Origin: Polyangiaceae bacterium
Lineage (GTDB): Bacteria; Myxococcota_A; Polyangia; Polyangiales; Polyangiaceae
Assembly: GCA_044376115.1 (NCBI GenBank)
Contig: JBILLK010000009.1
Span: 256,001 to 320,000, forward strand
Length of the DNA stretch: 64,000 bases
Direction: 5' to 3'
Below are positions 36,059 to 43,859 of this stretch, one piece after another. Position 1 is the stretch's first letter; each line of letters opens with the position of its first letter. The notes under the pieces are model-generated. The model was not told the origin of the DNA and ran no database searches. It saw nothing but the letters and a program-made list of their open reading frames with translations. The translations under genes and the position numbers were made by a program.

Positions 36059-36805
36059 GTGCCTGTGGCCGACGACTATTTTTTTCGGAAGCTTCCCCGT
36101 GCGACCCAGGGGCGACTCGAGGAGCTGATTCGCGAGATCAAGCAGGCCTGGGGCAGCTCGCTCAGCAGCGTGATCCTATTTGGCAGCGTTGCACGCGGAG
36201 AGTGGGCGCAGGGGCGTAGCGATGTTGACGTAGTGCTGGTCGCCAAACAGCTTACGCCGAAGGAGCTTGCATCAGCGGCCGAAGCGATCGCCGTGGCGCA
36301 GGCTGCCATTCGGCTGGACGCCCTGTTGCTCGAAGAGGCGGAGATCCCACGCTCAGCGGACGTCTCGCCGCTCTTGTTCCGCGACATTTGCGAGCATCGC
36401 ATCGTGATCGCCGGGGCCGACGTGTTTGCGTCTGTGGTCGTGCGCGAAGAGCACGTTGATTTGGCGATCGAGCAAGAACTACGGGATTCGTTGCGCGGCT
36501 TGCGGCGAGCTCTGATAGACGCTCGTGACGATGAGGCTCTGATCGCCCTGCGAGTCGAAGCCTACTTGCGTAAGATCCGAATCCCGCTGCGGGCCTTGTT
36601 GCGCGCCGAGGGCATAGAGGTTGGGCATGCACTTTCGCTGGTGGTGGCCAAGGCCGCGCGCAACTTCCGGCTCGACTCGACGGTGCTCGAACGTGCACGG
36701 GAGCGGCCGGTGCGAGCTTGTGAAGAGCTGCTCGAACTATGCTCCAGGGCGATCGCGCTCGCCGATAGTCGCAACGCAAAGAACTCGGCTGGCGCGGTGG
36801 AGTAG
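36059..36805 (+). CDS. Nucleotidyltransferase domain protein
   Basis: ILFGSVARGE..SDVDVVLV followed by a helical C-terminus. Confidence 0.82.
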   Translation: MPVADDYFFRKLPRATQGRLEELIREIKQAWGSSLSSVILFGSVARGEWAQGRSDVDVVLVAKQLTPKELASAAEAIAVAQAAIRLDALLLEEAEIPRSADVSPLLFRDICEHRIVIAGADVFASVVVREEHVDLAIEQELRDSLRGLRRALIDARDDEALIALRVEAYLRKIRIPLRALLRAEGIEVGHALSLVVAKAARNFRLDSTVLERARERPVRACEELLELCSRAIALADSRNAKNSAGAVE

Positions 36806-36807
36806 CT

Positions 36808-37602
36808 TTGGACACCTTCGGCATCGTCGTCGTCGCGGCGCTCTCCGCGTTGATTTGGGTGATCGCGACCCGCTGGCTCGTGGTGGTGGTGCTCTCGCTC
36901 CTTGAAGGCACGCCTGAGGAGAAGCGGGCTGGGTTCGTTGTCGGTCGCATGCCCGTGCGGGAGGACTTGCTCAAGGTAGCGATGGCCAGCGGCGGGGTTC
37001 AGCGCGGTGCGGAGCTCCTCGTCGCGCAGGCCCTCGCGGAGAAGTGGCTCCTGCGCGAGCGGCCTGCCCGCCAAGGTGAGCTTTTCTCGGTGTTCGAGCC
37101 GCGACCAGGGGCTCCGGCCTGGGCCAACGCGCTCAAGCTTGAGTTGGGCCATCGACCCGACCGCGCGAAGGTTTTACGGAGTGCGCTCCACGTGGTCGAG
37201 CGACAGCGCCCCGCGTTAACGTCGGAGTTGGTGCAGCTGTGTGTATTTCGCCCCGTGTGGCAGAAGGCGGTCGCCATCGCTTCGGTATGCTTTTCCGGCG
37301 CTCTATCGACGCTGGTCTTTGCTCGCTTGTTGGAGATGGCGGAGGGCGGGCGGTTGGAGGAGCTGTTTGTGTGGGGCGTAGCGCTCGTATTCACGCTGGC
37401 GATGCTTGGCGTAGCTTTGACGCTGCCAACGAGAACGGCGTTCGGTGAGCGCTACCTCGAATGGTTGCTGGGGGCGACCACCGCTGTCGCGGACCAGGCA
37501 GAAGAGGGCCGTCTCGACGACCCTCGGGATGTCGGGTTGGTGGTGGCAACTCGCGGCTTGCACGCCGTTCGTGGCAAGGCCTACTCCGCGCTGCTCGAGT
37601 AG
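36808..37602 (+). CDS. Membrane protein (TIGR04222-like layout)
   Basis: N-terminal TM, A-x2-SGG-x2-R segment, two further TMs, then RTAFGERYL. Confidence 0.6.
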   Translation: MDTFGIVVVAALSALIWVIATRWLVVVVLSLLEGTPEEKRAGFVVGRMPVREDLLKVAMASGGVQRGAELLVAQALAEKWLLRERPARQGELFSVFEPRPGAPAWANALKLELGHRPDRAKVLRSALHVVERQRPALTSELVQLCVFRPVWQKAVAIASVCFSGALSTLVFARLLEMAEGGRLEELFVWGVALVFTLAMLGVALTLPTRTAFGERYLEWLLGATTAVADQAEEGRLDDPRDVGLVVATRGLHAVRGKAYSALLE

Positions 37603-38286
37603 CTAGGGCGGGGGAGCTGCGTCGCAGCTTGGGGGTCGGCCGCTCAAGGCTGCGCGAGCGGAGATCCTTACGACCACCGTGTTGCTCACCAGCCCCTCGT
37701 AGCCGCCGTCATTACGAATCCCGAACTCCTGACGATCGATCTCGAACTCGAGAGCGGCCCTCGCTTCGCAGCCGTCCACCTCGAGCGAGAGCGGCATCGA
37801 GATCCGGCGCGTCTTTCCATGCAAACTTAGGTCACCAAACAACGTGAACGCTGACTCGTCGCATGGTGGGGCCGCGCACTCGGCTTTGGCCAGCGATACC
37901 GAATTGAAGGTACCTTGCGGGAACTGCGTCGCGTGCAGGAAGTCATCGCGAGCGATGTCGGCAACCAGCTGCCAAGAAGCCTGAGCGCTCGTGATGTCAA
38001 CCTGTGCCGAGAAAGAGCTCGCCTTGAGGGACTTACGGTCGAGCTTGAGCACTCCCACCGAGCGCGGAAACGAGACTGTGTACGCGGCTCCAGCGCTGAC
38101 GTCGGTTTCCACGCTAAGCGCAGGCGACTGTAGCTCGTACGTCTCGACTTCATTCGAGGGTGTGAAGGCTGCGGGCGCCTCAACGTCGAGTTGTGCGCGG
38201 ACCGCACCAGCGCAGCCGATTGTCAGCATCGAGGCTAAAGCGACGGCGCCCCGTTTGCGGAGCAGAGCTAAGCGCGAGCTCGTCAC
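37603..38286 (-). CDS. YceI family protein (likely lipoprotein)
   Basis: DFLHATQFPQGTF, GDLSLHGKTR and EIDRQEFGI. Confidence 0.85.
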   Translation of the reverse strand: MTSSRLALLRKRGAVALASMLTIGCAGAVRAQLDVEAPAAFTPSNEVETYELQSPALSVETDVSAGAAYTVSFPRSVGVLKLDRKSLKASSFSAQVDITSAQASWQLVADIARDDFLHATQFPQGTFNSVSLAKAECAAPPCDESAFTLFGDLSLHGKTRRISMPLSLEVDGCEARAALEFEIDRQEFGIRNDGGYEGLVSNTVVVRISARAALSGRPPSCDAAPPP

Positions 38287-40064
38287 GCGTCCTCGACCGG
38301 ATCGTCGTCTCCCGTGAGAAGGTCATGCAGCCTCGGCTCGAAGGCGCGGCGCACGACGGCCTCGACTTCGGCAGCGGTGGAAAGCTCGAATGCGGCCTGT
38401 GCGACGTTGCGTGCTTCCTCCAGGTCCACGCGACGAAAGGTCTCGCGAATCTCAGCGATCGCGCCGACCTCCATCGAGAACTCTCGGACGCCGAGCCCGA
38501 GTAGAAGGCAGGCAGACAGCGGATCCCCAGCCATCGCACCGCACACGCTCACGGGACAATGATGTCGCTTGCCCGCTTCGACGATGGTGTGGATCAAGCG
38601 CGAGATCGATGGATCAAAGGGAGAGGCGAGGTAGGCCAGGTTGCGGCTCGCTCGATCCACCGCCAGCGTGTACTGAATGAGATCGTTGGTTCCGATGCTC
38701 ATGAAGGCGGCCTCGCGAGCAAAGTGGTCAGCGAGAATTGCCGCCGAAGGAACCTCGATCATCACTCCGAGCGGGGGCTCGCCGGGCACGTTGATGCCCT
38801 CGGCGCGCACCTGGTTCAGCGCGCTCAGCATCATGTGCTTGGCCCAACGGAACTCAGCTAGCGACGAGACCATCGGCACCATGATGCGCACGTCCCCGTT
38901 GGCACTTGAGCGAACCATCGCCCGCAGGTGCTCCAGGTAAACCTCGGGCCGCGCCTCAGCGAGGCGAATCGCCCGCAAGCCAAGCATCGGGTTGAGCTCC
39001 ACCGGCAGCTTGAACGTGGAGGCGAATTTGTCTCCTCCAATATCGAAGGTTCGCAGCACCACGGGCGCGCCGTGCACCATCTCGATCACCGATGCGAAGG
39101 CATGAAGTTGTTCCTCTTCGGTAGGCGGATGCGCGCGGTCGATGAAGAGGTACTCGGTCCGATAGAGGCCAACCCCGAGCGCGCCCTCATCGTGAGCTTC
39201 CTTCGCCTCTTCGGGGACCTCGACGTTGGCACGCAGTACGAGCTCGACCCCGCAGCGTGTGCGCGAGGTGGAGTCTCGGGTGGTTGCGAGATCTCGACTC
39301 CGGGCGCGCGCTTTCTCGGCGCGCAGCTGAGCCTCTCGCAGCTCTTCCGGCGAAGGATCGATCACGATGATGCCGCGCAGACCGTCGACGATCACGCGAT
39401 CGCCATGGGAAACGGTGCGGGTTACGTCAGTGACGCCGACCACCGCGGGGATCTTCAGTGCGCGGGCGGTGATGCTGGTGTGGCTGGTTCGGCTGCCGCG
39501 CTCGGTCACGAAGGCGACCACTGAGTTGGAGACGAAGCCGGCGGTGTCGGCAGGCGACAGATCGCGCGCGACGAGCACCGACTGCTCGAGCTCGTCGCTA
39601 CCATGCTTCGCGGCTGCTAGTTGCTCACGGTCACGACCGAAAGCGCGCAACAAGTGCTCCCCAACGAACTCGATGTCGCGGCTGCGCTCGCGCAGATACG
39701 GGTCTGTGGCGCGACCCATTTGTTGGGCCAGCTCTTCGATCGCTTGGGTCACCGACCACTCAGCCGCGTGCTTTTCGACCTCAATCCAGCGGTTGACCGA
39801 GCTCTTGAGCAAGGGGTCATCCACCATCAACGCGTAGGCTTCGAGAACAGCGTGGGCATGGGGCTTGTCGTCGAGCCCGGACACGATCGCGCGCAGCTCT
39901 TCCTTCGCGCGCAGGGTCGCAGCTTCGTAGCGCGCAAGTTCTGCGGGGATTTCTGACGGGTCGAGTTTGCGTCGATTGACCTTCCCCAACGGGTTGCCAA
40001 TCACGACGGCTCTGCCGATCGCGATACCGGGGGAACCGCAGATTCCCTGGAGTACGCTGCTCAC
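38283..40064 (-). CDS. ptsI: PEP-protein phosphotransferase (PTS enzyme I)
   Basis: SPGIAIG, GSRTSHTSI (phospho-His), GLYRTEYLF, RTFDIGGDK and SIGTNDL. No GAF domain. Confidence 0.95.
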   Translation of the reverse strand: MSSVLQGICGSPGIAIGRAVVIGNPLGKVNRRKLDPSEIPAELARYEAATLRAKEELRAIVSGLDDKPHAHAVLEAYALMVDDPLLKSSVNRWIEVEKHAAEWSVTQAIEELAQQMGRATDPYLRERSRDIEFVGEHLLRAFGRDREQLAAAKHGSDELEQSVLVARDLSPADTAGFVSNSVVAFVTERGSRTSHTSITARALKIPAVVGVTDVTRTVSHGDRVIVDGLRGIIVIDPSPEELREAQLRAEKARARSRDLATTRDSTSRTRCGVELVLRANVEVPEEAKEAHDEGALGVGLYRTEYLFIDRAHPPTEEEQLHAFASVIEMVHGAPVVLRTFDIGGDKFASTFKLPVELNPMLGLRAIRLAEARPEVYLEHLRAMVRSSANGDVRIMVPMVSSLAEFRWAKHMMLSALNQVRAEGINVPGEPPLGVMIEVPSAAILADHFAREAAFMSIGTNDLIQYTLAVDRASRNLAYLASPFDPSISRLIHTIVEAGKRHHCPVSVCGAMAGDPLSACLLLGLGVREFSMEVGAIAEIRETFRRVDLEEARNVAQAAFELSTAAEVEAVVRRAFEPRLHDLLTGDDDPVEDA

Positions 40065-40366
40065 TCCGGTTCACCGAAGCGGTTGCGGATGAGCTCGCCA
40101 ATCGCGTGAACACAGCTCTGGGCTTCAGTCCCCCGTGCCACCACCCGTACGACGGTGCCTTTGGCTCCGCACAGCAGCAAGACCCCCATCACGCTCTTGG
40201 CGTTCACCTCCTCGGAGGCGTCTGAACTGACGAGAACTTCGCACGGAAATCTGCCTGCCATTTGCACGAGCTTGGTCGCTGCTCTGGCATGCAGACCTCG
40301 TTCGTTGACAATCTCGAAGGCAGCTTCCGCATGCTCGGTTTGCCCCGCTCCCCCTGATCCAGTCAT
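40061..40366 (-). CDS. ptsH: HPr phosphocarrier protein
   Basis: GLHARAA (His15) and NAKSVMG (Ser46). Confidence 0.95.
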   Translation of the reverse strand: MTGSGGAGQTEHAEAAFEIVNERGLHARAATKLVQMAGRFPCEVLVSSDASEEVNAKSVMGVLLLCGAKGTVVRVVARGTEAQSCVHAIGELIRNRFGEPE

Positions 40367-41310
40367 GGCGTTCCCCCCGGTTCGCTGACGTTGACTCTCG
40401 GAAACTCACCGGAGAGACGAGCCTTCTTGGTCGCGTCTCGGTGGGAAATGAAGAAGGGGCCTTCATGCGTGAGTGAAAGCCTCCTGTGCAGTTCCAACAC
40501 CGACGCGACGGAGCGGTGTTGCCCGCCAGTGCAGCCGATCGCCACCGTCAAGTAGCTCTTCCCCTCGGCCTGGTAGCGCGGCAAAAGAAAGCCGACCAGT
40601 TGGGTTAGGTGCGCCATGAACGGGTCAAACCCTTCATCCTGCGCCACATAAGCGGCGACGTCCGGGTCTTGGCCCGTTAGGTCACGCAGCTCAGGTACGA
40701 AGAAAGGGTTCTTGAGAAAGCGGACGTCGAACACCAAGTCGGCGTCCGCGGGCACCCCGAGTTTGAAGCCAAAGCTCATCAGCCGCGTGCTCATGCGAGC
40801 TGGCTCGACCGAGGTCAGCGTAATGACGCGTCGCTTGAGCTCGTGCACGTTCAACTTGCTCGTGTCGATCACTACGTCGGCGAGCGAGCGCAGGCTCGAC
40901 ATCCGCAGCCGTTCCAGTTCGATCCCCTCCAATACGCTGGACAGGTGCGGCGCATGCGCGCGATGCGCCTCCGCCTCGATCGGGTGGGGTCTGCGGGTCT
41001 CACTGAATCGCCGCACGAGCATCTCGTCCGATGCGTCGAGGAACAACACACGCACGTCGCGCAGACCGTCGCGCGCGAGGGCCTTGATGGCGAAGGACGC
41101 GCCGTCGAGGAAGCTGCGTACGGTGCTGGAGAGCCCTAACGCGATCTCGGTAACCCCAGCCTGTTCACACGCGACAATCGCGTTCTCGGTGGTAGCCGGT
41201 GGGAGATTCTCGATGGCGTGATAGCCACGGTCCTCCAGCGCTTCGATGGCCGTCGTCTTGCCTGCGCCAGAGAGCCCGGTGACCACCACCACTTTCGTGT
41301 TTGGATTCAT
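40363..41310 (-). CDS. rapZ: RNase adapter RapZ
   Basis: TGLSGAGKT, RRFSETRRPHP, SFGFK, DVRFLKNP and GCTGGQHRSV. Confidence 0.96.
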   Translation of the reverse strand: MNPNTKVVVVTGLSGAGKTTAIEALEDRGYHAIENLPPATTENAIVACEQAGVTEIALGLSSTVRSFLDGASFAIKALARDGLRDVRVLFLDASDEMLVRRFSETRRPHPIEAEAHRAHAPHLSSVLEGIELERLRMSSLRSLADVVIDTSKLNVHELKRRVITLTSVEPARMSTRLMSFGFKLGVPADADLVFDVRFLKNPFFVPELRDLTGQDPDVAAYVAQDEGFDPFMAHLTQLVGFLLPRYQAEGKSYLTVAIGCTGGQHRSVASVLELHRRLSLTHEGPFFISHRDATKKARLSGEFPRVNVSEPGGTP

Positions 41311-42581
41311 CGCCGGTCCTTTGGGGGGATGCTCGAGATACCGGGAGGGGGTGCCGAGGATTCATCCGCCCGCGGAGCTCGGATGGAGGGCGTCGCAAAC
41401 TGGCTCTCTCGAGAACGCGCGATCGAACGTGGATCCGAACGATGGGCGGGCGTGAAGGTATGGCCAGGCACGTTGGGGGCCCCGGCGCGGCGCGACGAGG
41501 CTTGATCGGCCAATTGTGCCTCGATCGCTCCAAACAATTCGCGCGCCGCGTGATGGCCAGCGTTCTTGAGCAACTCGTTGCGCGCCGCGACCTCGAGGAT
41601 GGAGGCCATGTCGCGTCCGGGCCGCACCGGGATGGCCAACTCCGGAATCGAAACGTCCAAGATGGTGTGGAAACGATCTTCGACGCCCATCCTGTCGATC
41701 TCGACGCCCGCAGCGTCTTCGTCCACGAGGCGGACCACCACGTCAATCCGTTTGCGCTCGCGGATCGCCGTCACACCGAAAAGATCCTTGATGTTGAGGA
41801 TGCCGAGCCCGCGCACCTCGAGGTGATGACGAAGCAGCTTTGCCGGCGCTCCGAACACCATTCCAGGCGGTCGGTAGTCACACTCGACCACGTCGTCTGC
41901 CACGAGCCGATGACCGCGCATGACCAAGTCCAAGGCACATTCGCTTTTGCCGACCCCGCTCGAGCCCATCAAGAAGAGCCCTACGCCGAATACGTCGATG
42001 AGCACGCCGTGCATTCGTTTGCGTGGAGCCAGCCGCTCGTCCAACAAAGCATGCAACGAGGTAATGGTCAGACTCGACCGCTCGGCCGCATGAAGGAGCG
42101 GTGTGCCTGAAGCGTCAGCCGCCGCGGAGATCTCCTTGACGTAGCGGCCCCGGTCGCCCGTTAGCACTACGCAACTCAGGCCGAGTCCAAAGAAGCCAGC
42201 CAGCGCTCGTTGCCGTTCATCGTCTGCCAAGGCGTCGATGAACGATTGCTCCGTCTGGCCTAGAATCTGAATCCGCGTGGCGACGATGCCGTGGAAATGC
42301 CCCGCCAATGCCAGGCCCGACTTCTGGATTCGTGTATGAGCAATGGGCCGGTCTATCCCGCTCGCTCCTGCGATGAGGGACAGGTGCAGCTCCAGCGACT
42401 CATCCAAGAGCGCGCGCACCGACATGGGCGTCTTGCGATCCGTTGCCGAGGACGCAGCCAACGGCGGCTTGGTCTCCTCTCCACTGGGCCAATCGAGAGC
42501 AGAAAGACCTCGTTCAGGCGGCCCCGCCTGCCTCGAACTAGACGGGGCCGCACGTGACGGAGGGTCGTCGTCAGCGTTCAC
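41307..42581 (-). CDS. hprK: HPr(Ser) kinase/phosphorylase
   Basis: HGVLIDVFGVG, GSSGVGKSE, LVADD, LEVRGLGI and PVRPGR. Confidence 0.96.
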   Translation of the reverse strand: MNADDDPPSRAAPSSSRQAGPPERGLSALDWPSGEETKPPLAASSATDRKTPMSVRALLDESLELHLSLIAGASGIDRPIAHTRIQKSGLALAGHFHGIVATRIQILGQTEQSFIDALADDERQRALAGFFGLGLSCVVLTGDRGRYVKEISAAADASGTPLLHAAERSSLTITSLHALLDERLAPRKRMHGVLIDVFGVGLFLMGSSGVGKSECALDLVMRGHRLVADDVVECDYRPPGMVFGAPAKLLRHHLEVRGLGILNIKDLFGVTAIRERKRIDVVVRLVDEDAAGVEIDRMGVEDRFHTILDVSIPELAIPVRPGRDMASILEVAARNELLKNAGHHAARELFGAIEAQLADQASSRRAGAPNVPGHTFTPAHRSDPRSIARSRESQFATPSIRAPRADESSAPPPGISSIPPKDRR

Positions 42582-43105
42582 TGCGGGCGACTCTCTTCAC
42601 CGACGATCAACGCAAAGGCACTGTCACCGTCTTTTGCGTCGACGAGCCGCTTGCGGAACGTTTCATCCCGCAGAAGCCGGGAGACACGAGCGAGCGTCTT
42701 TAGGTGCTGCCCAACCTCGCGTCGCGGGCTTATGACCGCGAAAAATATATTGACCGGCAAGCCGTCGATCGCATCAAAGCCCACTGCGTCGCGACAGAGC
42801 AGCACGGCCCCACGGATATGCGTCAGCTCGGCGAACTCGCCGAAGGCGTGCGGGATCGCCACGCCCCCTCCGACGCCAGTCGAGAGTTGCTCCTCCCGTT
42901 TGAGCAACAAGCTCTCGACCTCAACCGCGTTGAGCGACGATTGGCCGGGTTGCGTCACGATACCGTCGCATAGGAGTTCGGCGAGCAGTCGCAAAGCGTC
43001 TTGCTTCGTGCGAACAGTGCGCGCTTGGGGGCCCGAGATTGCGACACGGGCAGGGGTAAGGATATCGACGACCTGCATCGGACGGCTCGCAGGAGACCCT
43101 AGCAT
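42578..43105 (-). CDS. ptsN: PTS IIA (Ntr/Fru type)
   Basis: REEQLSTGVGGGVAIPHA, FDAIDG and HLKTLARVSR. Start may be 43078. Confidence 0.88.
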   Translation of the reverse strand: MLGSPASRPMQVVDILTPARVAISGPQARTVRTKQDALRLLAELLCDGIVTQPGQSSLNAVEVESLLLKREEQLSTGVGGGVAIPHAFGEFAELTHIRGAVLLCRDAVGFDAIDGLPVNIFFAVISPRREVGQHLKTLARVSRLLRDETFRKRLVDAKDGDSAFALIVGEESRPQ

Positions 43106-43123
43106 GACGATAGAGCGCGACGC

Positions 43124-43176
43124 ACAAAGAACAACGCCCCGCGGCCCTTGCTTTGGAAGGTCCCCGCGGAGCGTTG
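43124..43176 (-). terminator. Putative intrinsic terminator/attenuator between hpf and ptsN
   Basis: Minus-strand 13-bp stem CAACGCTCCGCGG / CCGCGGGGCGTTG (one G-U pair) followed by TTCTTTGT. Confidence 0.6.
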
Positions 43177-43203
43177 CACTGTAAGTCTGGAGCGGGCGAG
43201 GCT

Positions 43204-43563
43204 TTAGCCGCGGGTACCGCGCTGTGACTCTCGTTCCACCTCGATTGCGAACTCGCCTGCGCTCATCCCGCCGTGCTTCTTGGCGACCGAAGCCCCTTTG
43301 GCGGCTTGAATCTGCCGCTCGAGCTTGTCGATCACCATGTCGAGCGACGCGTACATATCCGTCCGGCGCTCGTTGGCGTGAAAGGTATTGCTACCAGATT
43401 GAATTCGAACGTCTGCAACGTGATCCAGTCCTTCTACGGCTAAGGTCACATGAGCTGTCATCGCTTGTCTCAGGAACTTCTGCAGTTTGGAGACCTTGTC
43501 ATGAGCGTGGGTTTTCATCGCTTCCGTTCCTTCCATTTGTCGGAACGTGATCGAGATGTTCAT
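43204..43563 (-). CDS. hpf: Ribosome hibernation factor / RaiA family
   Basis: MNISITFRQME..DMYASLDMVIDKLERQI, with a GAGGAGG RBS upstream of ATG 43563. Confidence 0.9.
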   Translation of the reverse strand: MNISITFRQMEGTEAMKTHAHDKVSKLQKFLRQAMTAHVTLAVEGLDHVADVRIQSGSNTFHANERRTDMYASLDMVIDKLERQIQAAKGASVAKKHGGMSAGEFAIEVERESQRGTRG

Positions 43564-43859
43564 TCGAATCCTCCTCAAACTGCGCGCGACCCGGTGGGCA
43601 ATCCGAGGGACGCTCGCTTTCTTGATCGTACAAGTCCAAGAGGTGAACGGAAGGTAACATTCCCGCTTCAACCAATAATTTTCGATCGTGAGGGCCGAGG
43701 CACGCTTATTTGAGGTCAGCTGGCCTACTCCCTCGACGAGCGCCCGTGCGCAGCGGTAGCATTCGCCCGCGACCGAATACGCAGGCTTGCGTCGAGCAAG
43801 TTACGCCGTGCGGACTGGTACGATGAAGCACGCTCCCCGTTGAAGAGCGCATGATTGGG

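Noticed and set aside
41300..41309. TGAATCCAAA on the minus strand at the rapZ start
   Set aside because: No CGAA at 16-nt spacing; it simply encodes M-N-P-N.
43564..43859. Sigma-54 promoter or structured RNA upstream of hpf
   Set aside because: I found no convincing TGGC-N8-9-TGC consensus and no recognisable RNA family by eye.
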